A stretch of DNA of 64,000 nt. Source: Octopus vulgaris (lineage: Eukaryota). Location: the NCBI GenBank assembly GCA_951406725.2, contig OX597816.1, positions 164,548,001-164,612,000 on the forward strand, written 5' to 3'. The position numbers were made by a program, and so were the translations under genes. Of this stretch, positions 41,590-53,038 are shown piece by piece (the stretch's first letter is position 1; each line of letters opens with the position of its first letter). The notes under the pieces are model-generated. The model was not told the DNA's origin. It made no database searches and worked only from the letters and a program-made list of their open reading frames with translations.

Positions 41590-41849
41590 AGAGACATTAA
41601 ATGACGATGAGGAGGATAGATATGTGTGTATGTGTGTGTACATCAGTCCCTTTCTCTTGACATTGCGTGAAGGTTGTTAACGAGTGTCACTGTCATGCAA
41701 GTGGAGTCCATTATTTCCAACCTTCTATGAAAACGTTTGTCAATTGGGGGAATTATTATATTAGTTTGGCAGCACGAAGGGCATCCAACTGTAGAAAATC
41801 TGCCCTGACAAATTACACCTGACCAATGCAAGCTAGAAAAAGTAATCAT

Positions 41850-42255
41850 AGGCGCAGGAGTGGCTGTGTGGTAAGTAGCTTGCTAACCAGCCACATGGTT
41901 CCGGGTTCAGTCCCACTGCGTGGCATCTTGGGCAAGTGTCTTCTGCTATAGCCTCGGGCCGACCAATGCCTTGTGAGTGGATTTGGTAGATGGAAACTGA
42001 AAGAAGCCTGTCATATATATGTATATGTATATATGTGTGTATGTGTTTGTGTGTCTGTGTTTGTCCCCCTAGCATTGCTTGACAACCGATGCTGGTGTGT
42101 TTACGTCCCCGTCACTTAGCAGCTCGGCAGAAGAGACTGATAGAATAAATACTGGGCTTACAAAGAATAAGTCCCGGGGTCGATTTGCTTGACTAAAGGC
42201 GGTGCTCCAGCATGGCCGCAGTCAAATGACTGAAACAAGTAAAAGAGTAAAGAGT
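41850..42255 (+). mobile_element. SINE family A (young subfamily), just downstream of MRPS34
   Basis: Near-identical to the copies at 46165-46585, 47383-47797 and 49380-49790. Confidence 0.87.
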
Positions 42256-42312
42256 ATTAAATGAAAATGAAGAAATCAAAGACAACAACTTACTTAAAAG
42301 AAACAATCAAAA

Positions 42313-42318
42313 TTTATA
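42313..42318 (-). terminator. Candidate variant poly(A) signal (TATAAA) of MRPS34
   Basis: TATAAA about 25 nt past the stop codon, followed by a GT/T-rich tract (TTGATTGTTTCTTTT...GTTGTTGTCTTTG). Confidence 0.35.
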
Positions 42319-42343
42319 TACAAAATGCTATAACAGAAATTCT

Positions 42344-42670
42344 TTAAGGATGTTTGTCTTGTTGACTGACTTCAGCGGAAAATTGGCCTTTGCTGACTCT
42401 CAGTTTTAAACGCAAATCTTCTGGTAGTGGTTCTCCATTCTCGGCTTTCTTTGCAAGAATCATGGCTTTAAGAAGTGGTGGGAATTCCATTGTCAGTGGC
42501 ACAGTTCGGGTCTCTCGTACATCTGCTGCAGTTAACTTGCAGAATTCTTCCTCTTCCTCTTTCGGAATTAATCGCCAATCAGCTTTGTGACAGGCATTGA
42601 TTCCGCAAGGATGGGGATATTCTTTGCCGCGGAAAACTTTGATACCCTTGGCGATTCCTGTTCGGCGTTG
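42344..42670 (-). CDS. MRPS34: Mitochondrial ribosomal protein S34, coding exon 2 (108 codons + stop)
   Basis: Pyrimidine tract then ATCCAG| acceptor at 42671, in phase with exon 1. QRRTGIAKGIKVFRGK...DWRLIPKEEEEEF...FPPLLKAMILAKKAENGE resembles recalled human MRPS34 motifs (G.AWG..TFKG, DWRLVPK.EEE.F, PPLLRAMI.A...KNG). Intron 42671-44572 (1902 nt). Confidence 0.93.
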   Translation of the reverse strand, partial: QRRTGIAKGIKVFRGKEYPHPCGINACHKADWRLIPKEEEEEFCKLTAADVRETRTVPLTMEFPPLLKAMILAKKAENGEPLPEDLRLKLRVSKGQFSAEVSQQDKHP

Positions 42671-43522
42671 CTGGATATGAACAAATAAAAATAGGAACTT
42701 TATGAATAAAAGAAGAAAAAAAATAAAGGAAAATAGTTTATTCATCTGGGCATAAACATTGCCATATGGTCGGGAAGAAGTTTGCTGCCCAACTCAACAG
42801 GTCTTGAGTTTATTGCCATTGTGTGGCGCCTTGGGCATGTGTCTTCTACTATAACCCCAAGCTGACCTAAGCCCTGTGAGTGGATTTGGTAAACAGAAAC
42901 TGTACTGAAGCCTGCCATGTGTGTGGTTGTCCACCACCAATGCTTGACAACCGGTGTTGGCTTGTGTATGTTCCAGTAACATTAGCAGTTTGGCATAAGA
43001 CACTAACAAAAGAAAATCCCAGACTTCAAAATAAGTACACGGGTCAATTTGTTTGAATAAACCCTTAAGGGTGGTGCCCCAGCATGGCCAGAGTCAATTA
43101 ATAGAAATATGTATAACCTGAACAAACTGCAGGGAATTTTTTTTTATTAGTGCAGCCTGCCCCATTCTGCACCATGTCTTATGCGACCCGCTTCTGCAGT
43201 TATTCTCTATCCGGTTTACAATTTCAGGCTTATACCTGTAATTATTGAGGTCCTGGGAGGTATTGGAGCGTCTGAGTGACATTAGACCCCAACAAACACC
43301 CTTAAATTGAATGCATCTATCTGGGAAACACTCGTGGCCTGTCGACCTGTGCCTGACGGCCACGATCGTGGCCTGTCGTGTTTTGTGTTAATATTCTTTA
43401 GACTACACGTGGAATTACAGAATGCTTTAAAGGAAAATTTCTAGGGTGTGCTGTTTAGACCTAAAACAGTAATTAACTCACTTTAATTCATTTTAGTAAC
43501 ATGGGTGAAGAATATAACACCT

Positions 43523-44171
43523 TTGGCGGAGGTAAAGAATACGTACACCACCCGTTTTCGGCGTAACAAAAACCCTAACCTGGCATTCTTTCGATATAAC
43601 TCGACAAAATCAAAACATTTCACTTCGGGTATTCCTGTGGGTTGTAGAGTATTGATATAACGAAATTATGCCAGCAATGTCTCATTTTAAACTAGAAGAA
43701 AAAAAGCCTTGCATATTTGTTCTTACCTGTTTCCGAAAAGTTCTATCTACGACGATTTCATCTCAATCGAAGGAGAGGGGCTTTCTCCGTCCGGGTTGCG
43801 GATCCGTGGAATAATCTGCCGGACGAGATAGTGAAAAAGCCGACGACCGCTCGGTTCAAAGTCTCTCTTGACCAGAAATGGCCTGAACTCTTTGTATGAA
43901 CACCCTCCCTGTACATAACTCCATGTCCCCCTACATGGCCTTGCTTTTTGCTTTTTGAGCCAAAAAAAATTAAATTGAAAGAAAAAAAAATTGAAATTAA
44001 AATCCGCAAATCTCCAAGCAGTAAAACAGAATCGAACTGTCAATTGCTTGCACGAAAATACCCGAAGTGAAATGTTTTGATTTTGCCGAGTTATATCGAA
44101 AGAATGTCCCTAACCTTAACCGTAATCCTAACCCCTTAACACCAGGTGTACGTATTCTTTACTTTCGCCAA
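43523..44171. mobile_element. Fold-back element with nested inverted repeats in the MRPS34 intron, carrying a CR1-like 3' fragment
   Basis: Outer inverted repeat 43523-43549 / 44145-44171 (25/27). Inner inverted repeat 43584-43639 / 44051-44106 (52/56). CCCTAACC motifs. Internal RRGAFSVRVADPWNNLPDEIV...FKVSLD. Confidence 0.78.
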
Positions 44172-44572
44172 CGTTTTTACGTGATCCTTTCTGTTTCGTA
44201 TCACTGATTATTGTTTAGCAACGTAATTCGACAACTTTATATAAAATATCACCTATAAACAATAAAAATAACATAATTTAGAAATTTTGTAGACATTAGG
44301 GGGCAGTCCAGCATATAGATGCACTGGGGTCCGTCCCTTCATTGTATCGAAGGTCATTGTTAATGTTCAAGGGTTTGTTGCTATTTCTAGCAGGTCGAAC
44401 GACCACGTATTATCTCACGCTTCGTTGTGTCGTAAAATACATACATAAAGGTCGAAATAAAAGTTAGATTGATCATTAATTACATTATAATTAATAAAGT
44501 AAATTACAAAAGTGCATAATTCTTCCCCAAATTAAATAAACAGTAAATGAAGGATATAATTAATGAACTTAC

Positions 44573-44758
44573 GCTGTCACAGAAGTTGGGTTGCACTTCG
44601 GTCAATCGATAATAGCTTTTCTCAGGATATCTGTTTAAGAAGCTGTGTCGGACAACCACACGTCCCACACCATTATTTTTAAGGTTCGTTAATAGAGAAA
44701 ACAGGGTTTTCCCAGACCAGTCTAAATTGACTTTTCCGATCCGGCGAATGAGTCTCAT
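44573..44758 (-). CDS. MRPS34: Mitochondrial ribosomal protein S34, coding exon 1 (62 codons)
   Basis: MRLIRRIGKVNLDWSGKTLFSLLTNLKNNGVGRVVVRHSFLNRYPEKSYYRLTEVQPNFCDS matches, from recall, the MRPS34 pattern L..LL..L...G.GR.V.R.S......P.Y.RLT.V.P. Start context CAAAATG. Phase-0 donor AGC|GTAAGT at 44572-44567. Confidence 0.93.
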
Positions 44759-44813
44759 TTTGACCTCGCTGTAAGGTAGTTACTTCCCTTGCAGAAAGAG
44801 GTTCCGATTACTT

Positions 44814-44830
44814 TCGCTAGATGGCAGCAC
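44814..44830 (+). promoter_or_regulatory. CTCF-like motif in the MRPS34 promoter region
   Basis: TCGCTAGATGGCAGCAC resembles the CTCF consensus CC(A/G)C(C/T)AG(A/G)(T/G)GGC(A/G)(G/C). It lies about 55-70 bp upstream of the ATG in unique sequence. Confidence 0.35.
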
Positions 44831-45474
44831 TAATTCCACATAGTTACTTCACCCTTACGATTGTTCTTCGCATTTCTTTTCAAGAATTATTTCCCTTTAA
44901 TCACTTAGGCTCAGTTTGTACACACACACACACGCACACACACACACACACGCGCACACGCACATACACACTTAAACACACACACACACACAGGCACATA
45001 CACTCGTAAACACACACACATATACACACACGCACACTCACACAAAAAATTATACTGTTACAGTATTTGTTTATTCTTAATTAAGATGCATTAAAATAAT
45101 TACAAATATCTCCCGTTGAATACAAAATATTTTCAATACGAAATTAGGAAAAAAAGTAGTTTGTGCTTAGAAATACAGAGAATTGCTAATTGAACACACA
45201 TTACAATGTGTGTGTGTGTGATCACAACTGTCCGACGAACGGTAGCGTGAAGCAGTTTATGAAGAATCTTTCGGCTTTAATAAAAGTATATGTATGTATG
45301 TACACACACACAAACACATACGCAGGCATGGCTGTGTGGTAAGAAGCTTGCTTCCCGACCACATGGTTCCGAGTTGAATTCCACTGCGTGGCACCTTGGG
45401 TAAACGTATTCTACTAGATCCTCGAGTCAACCAAAGCCTTGGGAGTGGACTTCATAGACGGAAAGAAGCCTGTC

Positions 45475-45530
<56 letters not shown>

Positions 45531-45540
45531 TATATATATA

Positions 45541-45726
45541 GGTCCCGGGGTTAACCACAGTAAATAAGGTACTCAATACATAGCAGAGTAAAATTAATTT
45601 ATTATATAGAAGGAGCTTCTACAGGACTAGAACTGTTTCATTCAAGAGAAATCTTCAGAAAGCTCAGCTTCAGCTTTCTGAAGATTTCTCTTGAATGAAA
45701 CAGTTCTAGTCCTGTAGAAGCTGCTT

Positions 45727-45728
<2 letters not shown>
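45541..45728 (-). mobile_element. Penelope-like element remnant with inverted pseudo-LTR, embedded in (TA)n
   Basis: 57-bp arms (45608-45664 / 45672-45728, 1 mismatch) holding a hammerhead motif. The minus strand continues through AATAAA and a TACTC...GAGTA tail. (TA)n on both sides. Confidence 0.65.
45672..45722 (+). ncRNA. Type I hammerhead motif (mirror copy on the minus strand at 45614-45664)
   Basis: AGCTTT CTGAAGA T-TTC-TCTT-GAA-T GAAA CAG-TTCTAGTC-CTG TA GAAGCT. Stem I 6 bp, core CUGAAGA/GAAA, stem III CAG/CTG, GUA site, U.U mismatch at the base of stem II. Confidence 0.62.
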
Positions 45729-45773
<45 letters not shown>

Positions 45774-46119
45774 GACAAGTTTATTTCAGTTTCTCACATA
45801 TATATATATATTTGTGTATCTGTGTTTGTCCCCACCACCATTGCTTGACAACCGATGCTGGTTTTTTTACGTCCCCGTAACAGTTTCCCTTCTCTATCCC
45901 AAATTGTTATAAGACAACGATAGAATAAGTTCTGGGGTTGATTTGTTCGACTAAAAGCGGTGCCCCAACATGACCGCAGTCAAATGACTGAAACAAATAC
46001 AATATGTATGCCGGTGCCACGCAAAAACACCTGTGCCGGTGTCACATACAAGCAGCCGTGCTAGTTCTCGGTAAAAAAAAAAAAATGATAATGATGATGA
46101 TGATGATGTATGTATGTAT

Positions 46120-46335
46120 TTTTGTATGCATGTCATTGCTCAGTTTTCAAGATTTCTTGCCAATAGGCGCAGGAGTGGCTGTGTGGTAAGTAGCTTGCTA
46201 AACAACCACATGGTTCCGGGTTCCGTCCCACTGCGTGACATCTTGGGCAAGTGTCTTCTGCTATAGCCCCGGGCCGACCAATGCCTTGTGAGTGGATTTG
46301 GTAGACGGAAACTGAAAGAAGCCTGTCGTATATAT

Positions 46336-46373
<38 letters not shown>

Positions 46374-47165
46374 TTGTGTGTCTGTGTTTGTCCCCCTAGC
46401 ATTGCTTGACAACCGATGCTGGTGTGTTTACGTCCCCGTCACTTAGCGGTTCGGCAAAAGAGACCGATAGAATAAGTACTGGGCTTACAAAGAATAAGTC
46501 CCGGGGTCGATTTGCTCGACTAAAGGTGGTGCTCCAGCATGGCCGCAGTCAAATGACTGAAACAAGTAAAAGAGTAAAGAGAGAGTAATAGAGAAAGAAC
46601 CGGTTTCTAACCTAGATCTAAGGTGTCTTCATTGAAATTTCAACATCAACAGCAGGGTATTTTTTAATGTATGTATGTATGTATGTATGTATGTATGTAT
46701 GTATGTATGTATGTATGTATGTATGTATGTATGTATGTATGTGCAGATTTGCATGCTTTATGCATGTATTCTCATGCATATAGTTGCATATCTAGACATG
46801 CTCATATACACTTAAATGATAAACTTCTGGAAAGTTTTACAGGTTTTTAGAGTTCCAGTGATGGATTAGATCTGTAGTCTTCGAATTAACTTTCTTCCTC
46901 TCTGGTTTTGAGAAGCGTAATTTCTCAAGATTGCTACTTAGGCAGTGTATTACATATCCCAGGACCTCAATAATTACAGGTATAACCCTGAACTTGTAAT
47001 CCAGATAGAGAATAACTGCAGATTTCTCGATAGTTCAGCACAAGTGCTCTCTTTTTCACTGATCTTCAGCTTTATGTTTACACCCGGTGGGCAGCTGATT
47101 TCCACACTTGTATACAGTTTTCCTTCTCTATCCCAAATCATTATATCAGGTCTGTTGTGCTTATG
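46120..47165 (-). mobile_element. R4/Dong-like LINE 3' fragment interrupted by SINE A (46165-46585)
   Basis: Homologous to 15743-16285 and 14690-15083. Internal and terminal (TATG)n. Confidence 0.72.
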
Positions 47166-47249
47166 TATGCATGTCTCTTCTATTTTTTAATTATTAGAAA
47201 TCTTCCACTGAGGTGGTGCCCCAGCATGGCCGCGGCCTTCGGGCTAAAA

Positions 47250-47995
47250 CATTTTTAAGGATTTGAGGAGAGAACCAGTTTCCACCAAAGATACAGGGCT
47301 CCATCTTTGGGATGTAGTTAACACAGACAAATTCACATTTGGAACTTGAGAAAAGTCTTGTATATTTTTACTGTTCCGCTCACAGGCGCAGGAGTGGCTG
47401 TGTGGTAAGTAGCTTGCTAACCAACCACATGGTTCCGGGTTCAGTCCCACTGCGTGGCATCTTGGGCAAGTGTCTTCTGCTATAGCCCCGGGCCGACCAA
47501 TGCCTTGTGAGTGGATTTGGTAGACGGAAACTGAAAGAAGCCTGTCGTATATATGTATATATATATAAGTGTGTGTGTATATGTTTGTGTGACTGTGTTT
47601 GTCCCCCTAGCATTGCTTGACAACCGATGCTGGTGTGTTTATGTCCCCGTTACTTAGCGGTTCGGCAAAAGAGACCGATAGAATAAGTACTGGGCTTACA
47701 AAGAATATGTCCCGGGGTCGATTTGCTCGACTAAAGGCGGTGCTCCAGCATGGCCGCAGTCAAATGACTGAAACAAGTAAAAGAGTAAAAAGAGAGAGAT
47801 TGCGCTTGTAATGTACAAATTTGCCGGTCGATCTCTCTTTCTGAAAATCCCAGTTGATCCAGATTCTCCTTTAAGCATTTACTAACAAAACCTCGTGCTC
47901 CAATTATTATCGGTATGAATGTGAATTCATAGTCTGGATATAGAAGCTGGAGGTTTCGAAGCAGTTGTCCATAGATATCCTCTTTTTCTTTTATG
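47250..47995 (-). mobile_element. Diverged R4/Dong-like LINE 3' fragment interrupted by SINE A (47383-47797)
   Basis: KEKEDIYGQLLRNLQLLYPDYEFTFIPIIIGARG...QAQS, then VSGTVKIYKTFLKF* after the SINE. The 5' junction lies in (CATA)n. Confidence 0.75.
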
Positions 47996-48591
47996 CATGT
48001 ATGTATGTATGTATGTATGTATGTATGTATGTATGTATGTATGTATGTATGTATGTATGTATGTATGTATGTATGTATGTATGCATGTATGTATGTATGT
48101 GTGCGTGTGTATGTATGTATGTGTATGTATGTGTATATGTATTTAGGCATATATGTATGTGTGCGTCTGTATGCATGTATGTATGCCCTGCTATGACTTT
48201 AAACTCCATTTATTGGAGGGGACTTGATTGGGAGTTCCAGAGTCTGCCGCTACGTTCTGAGTTCAAATTCCGCCGAGGTCGACTTTGCCTTTCATCCTTT
48301 CGGGGTCGATTAAATAAGTACCAGTTACGCACTGGGGTCGATGTAATCGACTTAATCCGTTCATCTGTCCTTGTTTGTCCCCTCTGTGTTTAGCCCCTTG
48401 TGGGTAGTAAAGAAATAGGTACTAATCACGGAGGCTCAGAGAGAGGTACCCGAGTTGTACAAGAGTTTATTACTTTAATCCAATGAAATATAGGTGTCTC
48501 TTTATGGTGGCCTCATTTGTTATTCCATCGACTGAAAGTCCTTCCTATGATGAACAAAGTGCGGTGATGATTGCGGACGTAACCAGTTGGA

Positions 48592-48956
48592 CAGTTACAA
48601 CTTTCGCTCGTCACGACAGACAGTCAGTTACAACTTTCGCTCGTCACGACAGACAGACGGACAGTTACAACTTTTGCTCGTCACGACAGACAGTCAGTTA
48701 CAACTTTCGCTCGTCACGACAGACAGACAGTTACAACTTTCGCTCGTCACGACAGACAGTCAGTTACAACTTTCGCTCGTCACGACAGACAGTCAGTTAC
48801 AACTTTCGCTCGTCACGACAGACAGACAGTCAGTTACAACTTTCGCTCGTCACGACAGACAGTCAGTTACAACTTTCGCTCGTCACGACAGACAGACGGA
48901 CAGTTACAACTTTTGCTCGTCACGACAGACAGACAGTTACAACTTTCGCTCGTCAC
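48592..48956. repeat. Minisatellite, 11 units of 33/37 bp
   Basis: Core CAGTTACAACTTT(C/T)GCTCGTCACGACAGA plus a variable linker (CAGT, CAGA, CAGACGGA or CAGACAGT). Confidence 0.95.
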
Positions 48957-49534
48957 CTATACTTCAAGCCATGCAGATCTGCAACGAAGCTGAATAGTCA
49001 TCTGAGAGGTCTTGGACGGAATGTCAGAAATGACATTGACAACAAGGAAGCACAAAGAGACGGTCAAAGTCTGTGAAAATGGAGCAACGACCAGCCTCCA
49101 TGTATATACGAATGCGCATGTCTTTGTATTTGTGTTTGTTTCCCCATTCCCATTTGACAATCAGTTAGCAATCAGTGTTGGTTTGAATACTAGAGATGTA
49201 CAGCATAGACAACACGTCGTAGTGCTCAAAGGAATTTGAATTTAAACTCTGCATTCTTCACCCAGGACTGGATCCCCGGTGCCAAGAGTGGTTACAAAAG
49301 AAATCCAAGACAGGCTGATATGGAGATAGTGATGCAGAGAAATACAGTTGGGCTTGACATATATATACATATATATTTTCGTGGTAAGTAGCTTGCTAAC
49401 CAACCACATGGTTGCGGGTTCAGTCCCACTGCGTGGCATCTTGGGCAAGTGTCTTCTGCTATAGCCCCGGGCCGACCAATGCCTTGTGAGTGGATTTGGT
49501 AGACGGAAACTGAAAGAAGCCTGTCGTATATATG

Positions 49535-49571
<37 letters not shown>

Positions 49572-50672
49572 TTGTGTGTCTGTGTTTGTCCCCCTAGCAT
49601 TGCTTGACAACCGATGCTGGTGTGTTTACGTCCCCGTCACTTAGCGGTTCGGCAAAAGAGACCGATTGAATAAGTACTGGGCTTACAAAAAGAATAAGTC
49701 CCGGGGTCGATTTGATCGACTAAAGGCGGTGCTCCAGCATAGCCGCAGTCAAATGACTGAAACAAGTAAAAGAGTAAAAGAGTAAAAAGAGTATTGTCTG
49801 AATACGTGTATATCTGCGTGAGTGCGCGCGCGCGGTGTGTATGTGTGCGTGCGTGCGTGTATGTGTGTGTGCGTGCGTGTGTGTGTGCATGTGCGTGCGT
49901 TAGTACGTGCATGTGTGTTTGTGCGTGAGTGCATGCGTGCGTGTGTGTGCGCGTGTGCGTGCGTGCATGTGTGTGTGTGTGTGTGCGTGCGTGTGTGTGT
50001 GTGTGTGTGCATGTGCGTGCGTTAGTACGTGCATGTGTTTGTGCGTGAGTGCATGCGTGCGTGTGTGTGTGTGCGTGCATGTGTGTTTGTGCGTGAGTGC
50101 ATGCATGCGTGTGTGCGCGTGTGTGTGTGTGCATGTGCGTGCGTGCGTTAGTACGTGCATGTGTGTTTGTGCGTGAGTGCATGCGTGCGTGTGTGTGTGC
50201 GTGTGTGTGCGTGCATGTGTGTGTGTGCGTGAGTGTGTGAGTGCGTGCGTGTGCTTGTGTGTACGTGCATGCGCGTATGTGCGAGTGTGCGTGTATATGT
50301 GTGTGTGCGTGTGTGTGTGGTATTGTATTATATTGCATTAGACTCTTGTCATTTCGATGGACGACGTTTCGTCAGAATCAGCCGTCCACAGCCACGCGGT
50401 GATCTTAGTCCGATGAGGGAATTCATTCCTGCCAAGGATTTGCAGCTCTGGTTGCAAACGTTGCATTAACGATCCCTATTATCTGCCGGAAGAATGAACA
50501 ATGGATCTACACTGGGCTCTTTCTCCTTCAGGAGATTCTGGTTGCCTCAATGTCAGTGAGGGCTCAGCAGCAAGGGCTTCTGCACTGGTTTCTATTCAGA
50601 GCTTCTGGTTCCCGTTTCGTCGGGTTTATTTTGCAGGTTTTTCAAGTAGGTCTTTAGAGTATGTAGGAATGT

Positions 50673-51060
50673 TGGAAGCACTCCGTCGGTTACGACGATG
50701 AGGGTTCCGGTTGATCCGAATCAACGGAACAGCCTGCTCGTGAAATTAACGTGTAAGTGGCTGAGCACTCCACAGACACGTGTACCCTTAACGTAGTTCT
50801 CGGGGGATATTCAGCGTGACACAGAGAGTGACAAGGCCGGCCCTTTAAAATACAGGTACAACAGAAACAGGAAGTAAGAGTGAGAGAAAGTTGTGGTGAA
50901 AGAGTACAGCAGGGATCACCACCATCCCCTGCCGGAGCCTCGTGGAGCTTTTTAGGTGTTTTCGCTCAATAAACACTTATAACGCCCGGTCTGGGAATTG
51001 AAACCACGATCCTACGACCGCGAGTCCGCTGCCCTAACCACTGGGCCATTGCGCCTCCAC
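50673..51060 (-). mobile_element. SINE family B, full length with TSD
   Basis: tRNA-like head GTGGAGGCGCAATGGCCCAGTGG...GGTTTCAATTCC. 12-bp TSD ATGTAGGAATGT at 50661-50672 and 51061-51072. Confidence 0.9.
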
Positions 51061-52089
51061 ATGTAGGAATGTATGCGAGCATCAACATGTCTGGTTTTAT
51101 TGCTCACTCTACAGTGTGAGGCCGAGATCAATATTGATCTGTTTAGTCAATATGATGGAGAATTAGAATGGAGAATAATGTAAACTAGTTTACTCACCCC
51201 CCGTCTCCCAGCATTAATATCTTTACTGTTCCCGTCACCGTCACCGTCACCACCACCACCACCACCACATCTCCACCAGCAACAGCATCACCACTGCCAC
51301 TGACACCTCACCGAAGTCACCACTACCACCACCACCACCCAACAACAACAACAAAACCACCACCACCAGCAACATCACCACTGTCACAGACGCCGCCAAC
51401 GACACCTCACCGAAGTCACCACTACCACCACCACCACCACCACCGCCGCCACATCTCCACCAGCAACAACATCACCACTGCCACCGACGCCGCCACCACC
51501 GTGCCACCATCGACACCTCAGCGACGTCACCACTACCACCACCACTATCAAACTCATCACAACTACCACCATTATTAGTATTATCACCTCTGCAACATAT
51601 AACACCACCACCACTACCACCACTACTATCCCTATTTTGTGGAAGACTGATAGCTGCCCATATGTTGCAAGTCTTCCCTTTCTATGCCACTGACAAAATC
51701 CAAAAGAAAGACAAGCTCAGTACTGCTTGGCACCAGTCATTGCAAGAATCACCATTATAACGTAAAGAACTACAACAGACACTGCCAAACACCCGGCGAG
51801 TATTTAAAAGGAAATTTGGCAGGGTGGTCATTCTCCCGCTGACATTCGTTGACGCTGGATCGAAGAAAGCAAAGAACAAAAGGCCAAAGAAAACAGAAAA
51901 AAACCCCACTCAAAACTAGAGCTGAAAGCACTTCCGAAAGTGGGGGTGAGAGTGCCACCTCGAAAACGGCTGAGGAGTAGGGGCCGAAACCGGACGTAGT
52001 TCCTCCTGATGATGTCCTTAACCATTGGATCTTATAAAGGAGCTGTTGCGGTAGTGAACCTCGAAACGTGGTTGGAATTTTTCCCTAAC

Positions 52090-52830
52090 TTTCCAATAAC
52101 AGTTCTCCGAAATGCGATGGATGCTTGAGTTTGAAATTTCTATCTCACAACTTGCTTGACGCACGTATTTTCTTGAACTGTAGCAACACGTTTCAAGTGC
52201 GCTTTCCTCTTTTGTGGGGCTCGTCGATTTTGAGGTAAGATTGAAATAGATGTGTAGTGACGCCATCTGGGAAATCTCCAGCACGCATGCGCAGAGTTGG
52301 AATCTTCCGGAAGTTCCCTCATGCGTATGCGCAGAAAATTAGCAGCAGCGAAATTCTCTTGTATCTCACTCTTGGACGCTAGCAGCTGAACGATACCGAC
52401 GTATCTCCAGCAGCTCTCTCGAGCTGTTACCTCGTGGCGCATCCCCGCTTTGCTTGAACGGGCAGGATTGACTCACTCCACTTGAATGCTGTCGTTAAGC
52501 TCCTAGGCTGCCGATTCGCACAGAGAAAGGAAATGTTCATATTGTGAATGAATCAAAGAATAAATATTTATACTGTTGAAGTTAGCGAAAAATCTTGACT
52601 CTTTCTTCAATTAATATCTGATGTAAAGGATGCGAGCAGCACCCATCCAGTGCGGGAATCTCTCATCTTGTTACAGATGCAATCTACAAGAAACGTTCTG
52701 GAAGACGGTGAATATCGGCGAGCCTCACAAAATCGGAAAGTGCACTCGAAACGTATTGCTACAGTTGTTGGATCTATTTGAAACTCCCTCTTAAACTGTT
52801 TTCGCACTTCGACTGTACTCTATGTTAACA
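52090..52830. pseudogene. Rearranged Tc1/mariner N-terminal (HTH) transposase fragments
   Basis: RKQFKREFQIDP and STSPTKEESALET..YSSRKYVRQAS.EI.ISNSSIHRI on the minus strand. KKRSGR...ESALETYCYS on the plus strand. Confidence 0.65.
52253..52675 (+). mobile_element. Solo LTR (423 bp, Gypsy-like 4-bp TSD)
   Basis: TGTA...TACA termini, GATG TSD at 52249-52252 and 52676-52679, AATAAA at about 52559, GC-richer than its flanks. Confidence 0.72.
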
Positions 52831-53038
52831 ATTTAACTAAGAACGTTTATAGTGGAATAACTGTTTCTGGGTGGAAGAAGATAAAAGCCCCCAAACAAGA
52901 CATTGAACTCAAAAAGGTTAATGTTCTTTATTGAGTTAGGAATAAAGAAGGACACGAGGTGATGAACAGATAACATTGGGGGTATCGTTGTTCTTGATTA
53001 TGTAGAAATTCCTTTGCTAGTTCGCTTTCTTAGTTGCA

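Noticed and set aside
42671-42745. ORF-track N-terminus MNKLFSFIFF... as a signal peptide
   Set aside because: This is the intronic polypyrimidine tract. The real exon starts at 42670.
48592-48956. CRISPR-like array of 29-bp repeats
   Set aside because: Linkers are only 4-8 bp and not unique, there are no cas genes, and the context is eukaryotic. It is a minisatellite.
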